A stretch of 55,422 nt of DNA, counting the filler, from Trypethelium eluteriae (Eukaryota), in NCBI GenBank assembly GCA_051942245.1. It is 3 parts of 3 records of this genome, joined end to end, with 100 filler letters (N's around TTAATTAATTAA, not from the genome) between each part and the next. Parts side by side here need not be neighbours in the genome. Positions count along the whole stretch, not along the records: positions 1 to 18,444 come from JAVECL010000565.1; positions 18,545 to 36,935 come from JAVECL010000566.1; 1 more part is not named here. One strand, 5' to 3'. The position numbers were made by a program, and so were the translations under genes. Below, in pieces: positions 15,131 to 28,090 of the stretch. Position 1 is the first letter of the stretch, and the number at the start of each line of letters is the position of its first letter. The notes below the pieces were generated by a model. It saw only the letters and a list, made by a program, of their open reading frames with translations. It was not told the origin of the DNA and searched no databases.

Positions 15131-16605
15131 TCAAAGCATTCAGAGTTTGTATGTGAAACTGAGCGGGAACAAAATTGATGTCACGTGTTGCGGACTGAAG
15201 CGGTAGGACTGCCTAAGGTAATGGTTCCTGGGTCTATTCAACACCCCAAGGTCGGTAGGATAGGCCCCTAGGCAGGTACATAGGTACGGCGTGATCACTT
15301 ACTGAATTCCAGTCGTCGATGCGGGGGTTCTCTGAGCACCAAGCGACCTGAGCAATACTAATCCACCCTTTCGTAAATCTCTGGGAAATCCGCAGTTGGG
15401 TGCTTACATAGCACCATAGTATAGGTAGTATGTCGTTAGCGAGCCATTCAAGTTGTCCTCTCACCGCTGTTCTGCAATACGTCGCATGGCTTTCGGCTGC
15501 TGTCTCACGACAGTGTTTTTTCTCGTTGGCTTAGTCTGATGTCAGAATCTTCCAACAACTTGTGCCGATTGCATACATGCTTGCGTGGATCGTCGAATCG
15601 AGCTACATTTTAGTACCGTGAAGACTGAGATTATCGAGGTGTTGATCATGTGGTTAGCCTTGGCTTGGCAACCGATTTTGACTTCTTCATCTGCATTGGA
15701 ATCTCTCACACCAGTCTATCACATATTTCCTAGCTGCATGAGGCCGTGCGAAAGACTGCGGCGAGCGAGAAACGGTTCAGAAACTGCCACATCCAGCATA
15801 GTGATCCGCCATCATGCCCGGCTCGACATGACGGCTCGGGACGGGAAGACGGTCCATGAGGCAAAACTGACCGTTACTTTTCCTGGCCATTCATAGCAGC
15901 CTGTAACCTCGCTTGAAACAATAGGTTAGCTTATTTTGTGGACGCTGCCTCGGTCCTCCACCCTGTACCTTGTCGTCTTGTGCCTTACTATGTTCAAGTA
16001 TGGCCTGCAACGTTCGGGTCTCGGCCAAAACGTGAATGTGGAAAGGGGCTGATTGCACTGCCGGAATCATCTGAAGGAGATTGATCGACATCACCATTAT
16101 CGTTACCTCTTGATTGTAGGTCAAAGCAGTAATGGGATTGCTCACTCACCACCCACAAGATGCCAACGCCTGTACCTCTTGCATTGCATGCTGTTCCTGC
16201 TGTTCACCATGTGCGGGATGCGCATCCAATGCGTTCGACGCCGTCAGCGCGCCATTCAACTATCGATGCCCCTAGCAAACTATCCACTCAACGGCCATGT
16301 GCGACGGCACTGTGCACGCTGACACTGCTGCAGGTACTAGGTTCACGCCCCTGCACATCACAAGGATTCTAGGATCCTCAATTCTGCGGATCATGGCACA
16401 TAGGGGTCGATGGCCTCTAAGCACAGCGACTGGGACCGGTCCGGCAAAGGTCAAATATACTCCGTACCAGTGGGCCCTTAGCATGCACAAGTTTTCGTTT
16501 CCCCATCACTTCGAAAATAGGCTCTGCAGTGTGCCCTCCAATGAATTGAGAATTGCACCGTACCTTTTCGGTCTTTAAAGGCGCACCCTTCTCCTCGTTC
16601 GCACG

Positions 16606-17969
16606 ATGTCGAACATTCCGCTTGCTACGGGTCAGTTGCCTGCTGGGATGGCGCCAGATGATAACCTCGGGCCTCTATCATTGAGAATTATATGGATACT
16701 GTTAAGTATATCTACTGTCATTGTCGGTGCTCGACTGGTGGTAAAATGCAAAACAACTCGCCGGATATACTGGGATGATTTTCTCATGATCCTCGCATTG
16801 GTGAGCATCCATTGTCAAACGCCGGAAGGGCTCTTGCTTACTATTGATTTTTTACAAAAGGGATTTGGATATGCGCATGCTGTCACAATATCGATATCTA
16901 TCAGTACTGGATTTGGCCGTCATATTTATTACCTCAATCCGCACGAGCGGGAAGCTACCCTCAGAGTTGGCTTCTACTCTTTGGCCTGGGGCTTCCTTTC
17001 CCCTCTCGCTGGTCGTCTAGGATTCATGGTCTTCCTCTTGTTCGTTGCTGGCACGGATCCCCTCATTAAGAAATGGTGGCTCTACATTTTCATGTTTCTG
17101 CAGACTGCAATCAACCTTGTCGCCATTATCGTCCTCTATACGCAATGCGGGAACGAACTCGATATCCTCTGGAATCAAGCGAAGCAGATTGATTTCAATT
17201 CGAAATGCAAAAATCCAATCATTCAGTCCGATTACGGCTACTTCCAAGGCTGTAGGTCGAGGTGCCCCCCAGTTCGATTGACTGTTGACTAACCGCTCGT
17301 GAAGCGTTCAATACGTTTACCGATGTTTTCCTCACAGTTCTGCCTGCGCTTATTATCTGGCACACCAAATTAAAATTGAAGGCTAAGCTGGCATTAGCCT
17401 GCTTGCTTTGTCTGAGTGTCGTGTCCGTATTCACTTCCTTTTTTACAAAGCCTATCACTGACTTACTCAGGGCCATGATTGCCTCCATCGTCAAGACATA
17501 TGAAGCGCGAGCGCTCAGCGAAATTCTCGACTATACTCATGACCTTGTCATCTATGTTATTTGGATCTCAATCGAACTCAACGTTGTCATGATCACCGCA
17601 ACAATACCCCTTTTGCGACCTCTGTTCCGCCGAGACGTCTTTCCTTTCGGCCGACGGCCACGTGATGATTCAGGAACCATGTTGTCGAGCATGACTTCAT
17701 TACCCCGTAAGGGCTGGGAAAATATTACCATGGACTCGATGCTCTCCAAGAAAGACAGGTTCAGGAGCCAAATTAGCGAGGTTCACTCATCCGCGAGTAC
17801 TGAAGACATCCAGCCCTCAAGGGAAATCCAAAATCCTTTCGGAATTACACGGACAATGGAAGTACAAATTACCTACGAAGCGAACGACAAGCCTCATGTT
17901 CATGCCGCTCTTGTTGGACTTTGTCCCGGCGTCATTGACCCTCATTCGCACACAGGCTATGCCGCGTGA
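16606..17969 (+). CDS. PTH11-like rhodopsin-domain integral membrane protein without CFEM (about 4 exons)
   Basis: Motifs RLVVK..WDDFLMILAL, GFGRHIYYL, FNTFTDVFLTVLPALIIW, WISIELNVVMITATIPLLRPLF. Introns near 16801-16860, 17252-17303 and 17423-17470. Confidence 0.85.
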
Positions 17970-18295
17970 ATAGACGAGAGACCCGTGTGGATTGATGGTA
18001 ATGTAATGAGTATACCCGGACAGCGCGCAGGACCAGTCTGCGTCTTGATCCATTTCCTACATATTGATACTGAGCATTGGAGCGAATGACTGGCGTCTGC
18101 TCTTAGCGGCTTTACTTGTATATATACGAACATGGAAGGTTTACACCCATTTATCTTTATGATATCTTGCGTTTGGGGGGCTCCCCATCGTGGGCCCCCC
18201 ATCGTAGGCCCCACGATACCCCCGAGCTTGCGACGGAGTCCATCATCCTCCACGATGGGCTCTAGATGGCTTGCACGTACCTAACCGCGCTTGGG

Positions 18296-18444
18296 GGGTT
18301 CCTCAACTGGTAATCAATACAATGTTATTTCGACTTTACTGTTATGACCTTATTGGCCCAGTTTAACGCCGCCTTAACATAGGCCAACACGGTCATAACA
18401 GTAAAGTCGAAATAACATTGTATTGATTACCAGTTGAGGAACCC
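18296..18444. repeat. 149-bp foldback: perfect 54-bp inverted repeat with an imperfect inner stem, at contig end
   Basis: 18296-18349 (GGGTTCCTCAACTGG...GTTATGACC) is the exact reverse complement of 18391-18444. Confidence 0.95.
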
Positions 18445-18544
18445 NNNNNNNNNNNNNNNNNNNNNNNNNNNNNNNNNNNNNNNNNNNNTTAATTAATTAA
18501 NNNNNNNNNNNNNNNNNNNNNNNNNNNNNNNNNNNNNNNNNNNN
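18445..18544. other. Artificial contig spacer (N44-TTAATTAATTAA-N44)
   Basis: Six-frame stop linker embedded in N runs. Confidence 0.98.
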
Positions 18545-18820
18545 ACCTGAAGCGGTTTATTGAGGCACATATTGTGCCGGAGAGTCCATGGGAGGAAGGG
18601 AGGAAGGTTAAGACCCTGGCGGGAAGGGAGCTGTGGTGGGAGCGGAGCAAAGGGGGCAGCAAACTGGTATGTCTTGGTTTTAGGAACCGCTAGAGCATTG
18701 GTGGTGCTAATGACGAGATCACAGATTCAGCCAGAGGGAGTTGAGGTGGAGAATGTGGCTGACAAGGTTGCTAATGGCGAGGTCTGGATACTAAAAGGGG
18801 TGCTCAATTACGCCTCTTAA
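18545..18820 (+). CDS. FAS1-domain protein, 3' part (exons 18545-18666, 18725-18820)
   Basis: Translates as LKRFIEAHIVPESPWEEGRKVKTLAGRELWWERSKGGSKL|IQPEGVEVENVADKVANGEVWILKGVLNYAS*. Contains the FAS1 H2-type ending (NGxVWIL.GVL). Confidence 0.85.
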
Positions 18821-19115
18821 GTCGACTTTTCACCAAACTTAGATAGAGACCAGTATTTGGATGGGCGTTTGATTGGCTTAGGTGGGGTTTGGGTTGTGGA
18901 AATACGACGATTTAAAACTCGTCGCGGGACTCGGGGAACTTGTATGCTGATTTCAACGTACCTACGGATGTGTTGGCTACACTTGTATAATCTGGTAAAG
19001 GCTCCACCACATACCTGACATTTTCATGCCGTAAGGATTTCGTCATGGTCGAGAAGAAGTGAATACCCCTTTCAATAAGTCGGGCTTGTCTCTGACGACC
19101 TTTCTACCTCTTACC

Positions 19116-20247
19116 ATGGAAACAAGCGATAATTTACTCGTGTGCAAAGCATGCGCAACTCAGTTCGATATTCCTGTAACCAAGCCTTTGAGTAATTGCA
19201 AGATCTGTGATGTGGGACTACGCCTTCCCCCTCTTTATCGCCCTTCCGTGGTTCCTGACCCCGTCGACTTGTAGGACCCGCGCCAATTCGTGCCTCCCCA
19301 AGGTCAGGAGTGGACAAGTCTAAGGCAGCTCAAGCATGAAGGATACACCAACAAATGGCAACAAGACGCTGTCGATAAGCGTGTGTGGTCCATTTGGACC
19401 GAACCCAAGGTGCGATTCCATTTATCCTTACCTTCCCTACTCGATGATTATTTAATCACTTCTTAGTTCGGCATTGGACAACGAGCTATTCTACTGGAAA
19501 CAGAACAGGGCAATGTGCTATGGGATTGCATCGCGCTTCTGGATAGGCCAACCGTTGATTTTGTAAGGAGCTAGGATTGCACATGCCCATGCCCATGCAG
19601 AAGAATGCGTTGACCATATTCTCTAACAGATTGCGTCACGGGGAGGCTTGCAAGCCATCTGCATTTCTCATCCGCACTATTATACTGCCCATTTGGATTG
19701 GGCTAGGACTTTCGATTGCCCTGTCTTTATTGCGGTCGAGGATAAGCAGTGGTGCTGCCGTGCCGACAAAGACGGCAGAAGACGTCTAATTACGACAGAT
19801 GTCGAGAAGATTCACGATGGCGTCACGGCCGTGAAGTTGGGAGGACATTTTCCGGGAAGCTTAGTGCTGCATTGGGAAAAGAAACTATTCATTGCAGATA
19901 CATTCGTGACTGTACCTGTAAGTCTTGGCTGGAAGAGCTGGATCATGGGTATTTGCCGGTATGCTAAGACTGCACAGTCGGGTCTGTATCACGTTGACAG
20001 ACCTTCGGGAACGACAAGCTTTTCTTTCATGTGGTCAATCCCCAACATGATACCCCTACCACCATCGGAAATGTACAAGATGTGGGAGGGGTTAAAACCG
20101 TTCGACTTTAATTCGACCCATGGGGCCTTTATGGGAATGGATATAAGAAGCGGAGATGTAAAGAGACGTGTCTTAGAAAGTATGAAAATCCAGACGAGAG
20201 GAGAAGGACATGGAATTCATGCATTGCTCGATGAGTCTGAGGAATAG
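19116..20247 (+). CDS. Metallo-beta-lactamase-fold protein with N-terminal CxxC..CxxC (5 exons)
   Basis: Motifs VCKACATQF..CKICD|DPRQFVP, FGIGQRAILL..NVLWDC, ICISHPHYY, LGGHFPGS, FMWSIPNMIPL, THGAF. Introns include 19212-19274 and an in-frame 60-nt intron at 19918-19977. Confidence 0.88.
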
Positions 20248-21919
20248 TTATCGGACCCTTTGAGAAGATTGTTGTATATGAGATCTGATCGCGCGGCATT
20301 CCATCACTGATATCTTCAACAAATGTTTTCATACGAATGCATCTCTCAAAGAGGCGTGATTTTAGATTGGACAGGCTGCAGAGCTTGTAGGAGTCGTAAG
20401 ATTGCTTAGCTGAATTGGTCTTTCCCAGATGCATGGGAATCAAAAGTGTACCGGCATGATCACTATCCACATTAGGTCCACTACTGCAAATTACTCCAAG
20501 CCGATGTCTCCTTTGTCAAAATGGTGCGATCCATCTGATGTTGTTCGGTCATGAAGTCTAGGATTGGGGCTCCAGCAAGGACCAACTCCACCTTCTCCGG
20601 GCACGAACGTGGACCGAATACTTCCAAGCCACACGAAAAGATCCGCGAAGTCTCAAACCTCATCGGACGCCGGGAAGAGAAGTAGCTTAGAGAGCGCGTC
20701 AAGTGACAGAATTGCATTGACGATCCATGGAAGCCTCCATCTTACGCAGCCGAGATCGTTCAAGCATCACGTTTAACTACATGATTGCATGGGTCAAGCT
20801 TAATAGAGAGTACTTACGAAAGAAGATAGCTAGGCGCTCACAGTACAGAAAGACATGATATGAATTGAAACTTCGTCGAAGGTGAAGACGCGGCTTAAGT
20901 GAGCAAATCAAAGTTGCAGTCCGGCACATTTAATTGTTAGTTGTAGAGCTGTAGTCATGGCTGGTGCCTTGTACACAGGTAAATTTTCGAAGACTAATGT
21001 TTCATCCCTGACCCATACCAATACCGGCTATGAGTAGACTCTTAAGCCTCTGTTCTAAGATATAAATGTCGCCCTTTAAGAACCCTGGTGCCACTCGACT
21101 GGTTGCCTGGGGTCTCTTCAGAGCTATTGGCGCGCAGTCTTTCCCTTAAGACTCAGTTCGCATAGGACTAAGCCTCCTTATACGTCCTCGACAGAGCGTA
21201 GAGTAACATCAACATGTGCATCGACTGTTTCGAGATTTTGACGCGATAGCGATAGGCTCAAACGTCGAACTCTTTTCCGCTGGCTGCAGCAAGAGACGGG
21301 TGTTTCTTTTTCGTTGTGCATGTACTGCACGGAAAGATGGTTTGATCCTAATGGCCGCGTCGTGGTTTGGAGAGCTTCCAAGGCAGATTCCATCGAACGA
21401 CAGAGTGCCGAGTTCTACGGAAACTGAAGAAGAGTCCTCCAGCCAAAATTCAATTGGACAGGCTTTAATACTCACCCGCAATGCAGATACTAATTTTAAG
21501 AGACAGGGAAGATGACTCGGAAGAGATCCCGGTGGTTGCAAGGAGCTTGCGGCCCGCCCACGTCATGGCTTCTTTTCGTCTCTGGGGATCTGCCGTCCGA
21601 AGATCAGATGCAACCGAGAATGATCGCATATCTGCCTCACGCAAAGCCCGTCCTCCAGACGTGCTTAGCCATCTGAAACGGCCCCTGGTGATAGCTTCCG
21701 TAGCCTGTCTATTGATTGGTGATCCTCCAGTCGAGATAAGCGCGCAATGCCAACCGTCATCTTTTTGGGCCTCGGTCTGTACACATGAAAATAGCGCCAG
21801 GAAGATGGCTTTATATGCACTTTGCACCCCTTTACACGACCAGTTCTCGCCTGAGAAGAAAGGAACTTTTTGTGTCGCTCTTAAAGTCTTGATTCGGACT
21901 CGTGCCAACGTTAATTGTA

Positions 21920-22601
21920 ATGGCAGCGCCGGAGTCTGCCAGTATCCGAAATCTCAATGGAAAATGGGACCTAGTATGCATTGTGCAAGTGCGACCCTCT
22001 ATACTCGCGTGTACTAAGTGCCAGCAGAATAAAAGCATGTCACACCATATTCAAGATTTGTTGAAAATGGTCAGCCACCTACAGTTCTTTCTAGGTAGCC
22101 TCCCTTCTACTAATGACCATATGTTAGCAAGGTGTAAATTTCATCCTTCGCAACATTGTCAATATGTCCTCTGTCCATCTCGATGTTAAAGTAACGACTG
22201 GAGAGAGCGGAGTGGTAACAATCGACATTGATCAGAGAGCGGGGCCCAAGTCAACAAATGAAAAGCGGAATACCGATTACCAGTGGCGTGATCATTACGA
22301 TCTTTTGTTCGGAAATGTCAAGGGTAGGACAAGACTCATCAAATGGGATGAAGTTGACGATGAAGAGCTCAGGAAGGCATGGGGTCAAGGAGAAGGAGAT
22401 ATGCACGGCTGGAAAAAATTTCCAGAGGACCAGGAGTTACTCCATTCCCATGTTGAGAGCACAGATAGTGACTGGATTGCGGATCAAGTTTGGGGGTTCG
22501 ACGAGATTGATGGTGAGAAGAGACATGTTCGTATCACGGTGATCAGGAAAGGAGACGCTCACACTTCCGGGAAGCTTGTGTATGATTTTGTCGGAAGTTA
22601 G
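21920..22601 (+). CDS. Small lipocalin/FABP-like fungal protein (3 exons)
   Basis: Translates as MAAPESASIRNLNGKWDL|NKSMSHHIQDLLKM|QGVNFILRNI...HYDLLFGNVKG...WIADQVWGFDEIDGEKRHVR..KLVYDF. The N-terminal GxW motif and beta-rich pattern suggest a calycin fold (inference). Confidence 0.7.
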
Positions 22602-22716
22602 GTTTGACTCTTCCCCGGACTGCGCCTTGCTGGTTCTTGAATCGCTTGGTGGTAGGACGTGGTTATCTGTGTTGTATGAGGATCTGATATTCTTCTGAGC
22701 TCTTCACTGCCAGATC

Positions 22717-25700
22717 CTATCCGTGCTCATCTGTATCGACTGGCGTAGATAGACATGGCAACCACAGGTCTGTTGCTTTCTGACTCATTGGGTCTTCTGA
22801 AGGGATTGCTTTGAGAGCAGCGATGATCTTTTGTCTTTTTAAATCGCTGCAGTAGATGTTGTTAAAGGGAAGCCGACCTTGGCGATCTCCAATCTGAGGC
22901 GATGCACCGGCTTGGAGGAGCGCTAGAGCGTATTCGGTGTTCGTGCAATAGTGTAATGGTGTCTTTCCGTTGTTGTCAATGATATTCACGTTCGCGCCAT
23001 GCCTCAGGAGACATCGTAGGGCTTTGCCTTTACCCCAGCGTTCAGCGGCCCAAATGGCTGCCGTTTTACCTTGGGAATCCGTGGCCTCTAATTCAGCACC
23101 ACTTTTCAGAAGAACATCAATCGCTGTATCATTGTCCAGGTCTACAGCATGGTGCAGGAGTGGCACCCCTAGGTCATCTTTAGCAAGTACATTGCCTCCT
23201 GATGCAACGAGCTGTCGTAAGACGAGATCATTACCCGGCGCAAGCGCTCTTTGTAATACGTTGCCTCCCAATGGAGTTTGGTAGTTGACTTGTGCACCTT
23301 TTTCAATCAGAGCATCTACAATCTTCCTATGATCTTCGCTTATCGGATTTTCAGTTTCGCCGCTTACAGCGGCGGCAAGCGGGCTACCAAAGAGACCTCC
23401 GAGTCCATTGATATCACTGTCAGCTCCGTTGTCCAGCAATTCCTGGACGACTTCGAAGAAGCCAAAACGAGACGCGTAGTAAAGAGGTGTGCCCAATTGT
23501 GCATAACCTTCGCCGTCTGAGTTCAATTCTTGATCCTCAAGAACACGATGTGGACACATTGTGGTTGGTTCAAGAATTCGCAACCAATTCGAAAAACTCG
23601 GAGGCTTCCCGATGAATAAGCGCAGGACCAAAGGTCGTAGAGCGCTTCTTTGATCTTCACTTGGTATTTCATCGAGATGCTTAACCCAATGCCGAGCCGC
23701 ATAGCTAAGCAAGGGATACTCTTGAAAACAGTCCGAAGTAATAGAATCTGGCTGGTTCAGCATTAGGAGATATTGCAGGCAGGTCTCCACGATTTCCCGG
23801 TTGGCGACCTCCGCGTTGAGGTGGAAATACCCGGCAATTTGCTTCCCGACTCTGATAGACACAAGATACTCTTTCACAGAGAAATGGGCTAATCGAATTA
23901 CTAGTGTGGGAATTAGTACCGCACTTGATTGCTCTGGAAGATACAACGATTACAAGCTCCGCGAAGGAAAGCTGAAGCAGAATAATAACGCGATGGGGTT
24001 GACTGTAGCAGAGTGCACACCTTTGTCAAGACGCTTAGTATTTCCCGATTGGTCCCAGCACCTTGTTATATCCTCGCAAACTCTGATAAGACCTGGGCAG
24101 AAGTCGAGAGCGAGAGTCTTGTCAAATAGACGCTCCTCCTTACTCAGGTGCTTGCTTTGAGGATCAATTGCGGCAACTTCGGCAATTTGATCCAGGAACA
24201 AAGGTCGTGAAGAGAACGCCAGCCAAGTCAAGATTGCTCTAGCCTTGGGCTGCTCTTCAGGTTCAATGTTTCCAAGAATTCTTTCGTATGTACTATCAAG
24301 ACCAATGGGCAAGGACTTGAGCGCTTTGCGTACCGCAGCTGCGCTTTTGCATTCCTGGAGCCGAATCAACTGACAAAAGACCCACCGGAACCTTGGATGC
24401 AGCAGTTGAGTTAGACGATTTTCATACAGAGATCAATTGAGTACTTACATCCCTTCGGCCTTTGTGGCTAGGTCTTCCTTGATATCATCGTGAAGATTAG
24501 GTGGCAGGCATCTCAAATTCTCATCTCTTCGTAGAGTGTTGTGCACATACAGTCGGATGTCCGCTTCAACATCGTTGGCTTTGATGGGAACATTGTGGTT
24601 CACCAAAGGGCGCAAGCAGACTTCAATATCCCGTTCTTGGCGACTGGTAAAGAGCATTGTGAGGCATGCAGGACGATTTCTTGTCAACTCCCGCAACGAA
24701 CCCAGTAAAAGCTTTCTCTCGCTACACTCATCTAGTGCGTCACAAATGAGGTAGGTTTTGGAATAAAGTGCGGAGGTTGATATCACGGTACTCAATAATT
24801 CATGCAAGGGGGTTACCGAACTGGAAGTCTTATATCGCTCGTACAGATCGCTGATAGGCTTTGGGGGAAGCTTCTCTGGATGAATGAACTGAGCTAAAAG
24901 CGTGCGAAGGAAATTCGAAACTTTCTGCTTTGACGCGTCATTAAAATCGAAGTAGAAATATGCGAGCATGGTCTTGGAGTCGGAAGATAGCGAAGATTGA
25001 AGGTCATCGATGATGGAGGAGCTATACTGTGTCAGCAATTTGTGCATGACTTCGGAAACTCAACACCGTGGATCGTGCCATGTGCCTACCTAACTTACCA
25101 AAGGACTGTCTTGCCCGATCCTAGGATGCCATTTAACCACATGACATTTCCGTACGCACACTTGAACTGCCTATACTCGGGTCTTCGGAGGAACCAAAGG
25201 CTTGTCCCTGGCTCACGTAAAGCAGAAGCTGTACCCTGGTTTGACCAACAAGAAGATTCTTTAAGCCAACTGCGGGTCCTGTCGGATATGTCTCGTACAT
25301 TTTTCTCTTCCATCAACTTTTTGGTGTATGCTCCATCGCGCTGTATATCTCGTGCCCTGTAAAGGGTTTCGGCCTCAAGCGATAACGAGAGGGTTTTGGT
25401 AAGGTCTTGAAACCTGTCTAAGCTTTTTTGGACCTCTTTCTCTTTAAGAGGCCACTGGAGAGCAGCCATGCCCCTGTAAGTAACGATCGTCAGCCTCACA
25501 AGATAGGCTGGCACACGGATGCTCCGCATAGCACGTGCTCAATGGCGACAACGTAGTTTTGAGCTGCAAATCCCATAACGGGATAGACGATGCCGTGCTG
25601 CTTATACTGATCCAGCTTACCTTTTGAAGGCTGACTTATCAGATGGCCATCTCAACTTTCCTTGGAGCGATTGCAGCTCGTCACGAGATGCATTTAAGGT

Positions 25701-25943
25701 GGCGGCCAAACTCTTCAATAGCCTCAGTGGTCGCCCGGCAGATCCAGACCCCGAATCATCTTCCGTCAACTCTTCGATTCCGACGAGGGCTTCATCTAGA
25801 TTAGTGAGACCGGTTGAGAAGTTGACGATTTCTTTCTGAGCACCGGTTACTCGGTTGATGTCGCTGAAAGCCTCTCGAGCAACGGTATAGCTGAGTTGCA
25901 ACAGTGTGATAATGCTGGCGGTTAAGCCAACGACTTCGGCCAT
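22717..25943 (-). CDS. Fungal NLR: HeLo-like/STAND-N N-terminal domain + NACHT + winged helix + ankyrin repeats (5 exons)
   Basis: N-terminus MAEVVGLTASIITLLQL..WPLKEKEVQKSLDRF; REPGTSLWFL; Walker A GILGSGKT; YFYFDF; Walker B YLICDALDEC; AEGM|FRWVFCQL; IRLAHFSVKEYL; ankyrin motifs TPLYYAS, SPLAAA, PLLHHAV, GKTPLHY. The apparent breaks I checked (e.g. 24021-23902) splice in frame as GT-AG introns. Confidence 0.9.
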
Positions 25944-26535
25944 CTCACTTTTTCATGTCGCGATTTCATCAAGAGATTAGACAAACGAGGCTCCGACACC
26001 ACGAGATTTCACGCCGAATGATGCTGGAAGGGCTCATAAGATAGAAACGAGCGGAGCCGGTGGGTGTATGGAGAGTGCAAGCTCAGGACTCTGCTGCAAT
26101 GAAGGCATTGCCTTCATTTGGAGGTGTCAAAACGAAACATGTAAGTGAGACGAGACCCAGTACTTTCTTTGGAAGCATCTAATAAAACATGGAACTGAAG
26201 TGCTAATGCATATACGGAGTAGAGCCCCCACGACCCAGCGCTTAGGCAGGTCCTTGCGCAGTGGCACGGCACGCACGGGTGGCTGCGGCGTGGACAGCCC
26301 AAAAGCAGGTCCATAGCCTATCGAGGTATCGAATCATTGAAAAGCATCTCAAACTTGTTTAATCGAGTTGCAAGTTCCTCCTGTGAGAGACGAACGCTAT
26401 GTGTACTTAGGTATGCGGCCGTCGTGTTTGTTGCTAGGAACGTAGTGCGCGTTAGCCTTGATCCGTTGTTCCGCACTCTGCGGTACCTCTACTCCCGTCT
26501 GCTTCTGCCTAGGTAGAGTGGCAAGCGTAGACGGT

Positions 26536-27459
26536 CTATGCCAACATCTTTCGCACCTTATCTGCAACCGTTTCCTCTACATGCTTGCCATCGATGAGAC
26601 TTTGCAGTGTATCATCATTGATATCGCATTCTCCATCCTTGATCGCGTCGTAAGTCGAAGCCCACCAGTTTACTAAGCCTTCATCCATCCCTCTTTCATC
26701 TACATAATACTTCACGTGCCCATCTTTGCCTACAATTTTCAGATGGACAGGGTGACCTTTAGCCTCTGTGACAGTCTCCGCAACATCCTGAATTTTACTC
26801 GACGCATTCGAGGAAAGATAAAACATTTTGCCGCTATATTTCTTCGGGTCATCGGCAACGACGAGTGCAGTGCCTAAACCCATATCTTCAATAGGCGTCC
26901 AACCGATCGGCCCGTCTGCTGCAATAGGAACTTCTGTCCGATCGTCATCTGGAACCTTGTAATGGCCGAAATAAAGTGGCCAGGACTCGTTGTAGAGTCC
27001 TTCTCTGATGATAGTGAATCCGATTCCCGACGAATTCCGCAGGTAGTCTTCCGTGCGGTTGTGTGCCACCATAACCCCAGCCTTGGAATTGGAGCCAAAT
27101 GCAAGCGATGTGTAGTAGATGTGTGAGACGCCAGCTTCTCTTGCGGCTTCAATCGCCGCGAAATGGTGCTTTTCGCGCCCTTCTCCATATGGTGCGTTAT
27201 GGAAGTCGAGCTGGATTCTCGGCGTGGATATGAGCAGTAACTTGTCACATCCAGTGAACGCTCTGATCATTGAAGGGGTATCGTCAAAGTCTGCAGCCCG
27301 GACATTCACGCCCTTTTGCTTTATGGCGTCCCACCTCGAAGCGTTCGGGTCGGAAGAGGTACACAATACAAGCGCTTTTGGTGAAATGAGTTTGTGTCCT
27401 AACAGAGCGTCGACTACCTGACTACCTAACCTGCCTGAGGCTCCAGTAATCGATAGCAT
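26536..27459 (-). CDS. NmrA-like / atypical SDR NAD(P)H-dependent oxidoreductase
   Basis: Intronless 307-aa ORF with ITGASGRLG Rossmann motif, AAREAGVSHIYYTSL and IIREGLY. Confidence 0.9.
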   Translation of the reverse strand: MLSITGASGRLGSQVVDALLGHKLISPKALVLCTSSDPNASRWDAIKQKGVNVRAADFDDTPSMIRAFTGCDKLLLISTPRIQLDFHNAPYGEGREKHHFAAIEAAREAGVSHIYYTSLAFGSNSKAGVMVAHNRTEDYLRNSSGIGFTIIREGLYNESWPLYFGHYKVPDDDRTEVPIAADGPIGWTPIEDMGLGTALVVADDPKKYSGKMFYLSSNASSKIQDVAETVTEAKGHPVHLKIVGKDGHVKYYVDERGMDEGLVNWWASTYDAIKDGECDINDDTLQSLIDGKHVEETVADKVRKMLA

Positions 27460-28090
27460 GGTGATAATCTTGAGTGTGTGTTGAACAAGAAATAAATATA
27501 TCAGGAAGAATGGTGTCAGCTGTATTTATCTTAAATCTGACTAATGTAGCTAGAGTGTAGATTTTGACTTTACGTCATGATCAATAATGCTTGCAACTCC
27601 TCGTTGCCGAGATGACTGCTCCTTGAAATTGTTTTCGATAATGCTTATCGTTTTCAGCTACGAGAAGTCAATTGATTGCTATGAGCGATCTACTTGTTGG
27701 ACAGAGATATCGTTGGGCAACTGCAAGCAGTGTAGCTTCGCCAATCACCTATCACCTAATTATGGCATCGTCAACGAGTTTAGAAATATATTGCCGAGTC
27801 ATTGTTATTCATATTATTTAACCATAAAACATTATCCATTAATGTACATGCTGGATTAAATCCGGTCCCATTCACACTTGCTATATATCAACCATGTATG
27901 CAATGCTCCAAGCCGTAGCCATACGAAATAGGGTATCATATGCCATCGAAAGCTCGAATCGTAAACCCGATTTTGTTCCGAAAGATCCTAGAGTAGACGT
28001 GAAAGTTCATCTCCATCATCCACCATTACATAGGCAGGTAGATGCCCAGCAGCAATAAATCAAACAAAGAATGAAACTTAACGTAGTGCA

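Noticed and set aside
18175..18260. Short repeated CCCCATCGT(G/A)GGCC motifs near the hairpin
   Set aside because: Only 2-3 short degenerate copies with no regular spacing; not a CRISPR-like or satellite array.
18489..18500. TTAATTAATTAA palindrome within N runs (also 36980-36991)
   Set aside because: Identical artificial six-frame-stop linker used to concatenate contigs; not biological.
20300..21900. Cluster of 70-180 aa ORFs on both strands
   Set aside because: No recognisable motifs or coherent exon structure; probably intergenic.
23900..24025. Apparent stop/break between NLR ORFs 23950-24369 and 22717-23946 suggesting a pseudogene
   Set aside because: Explained by a GT..CTAAT..TAG intron that restores the frame (LDK-V-IRLAHFSVKEYL).
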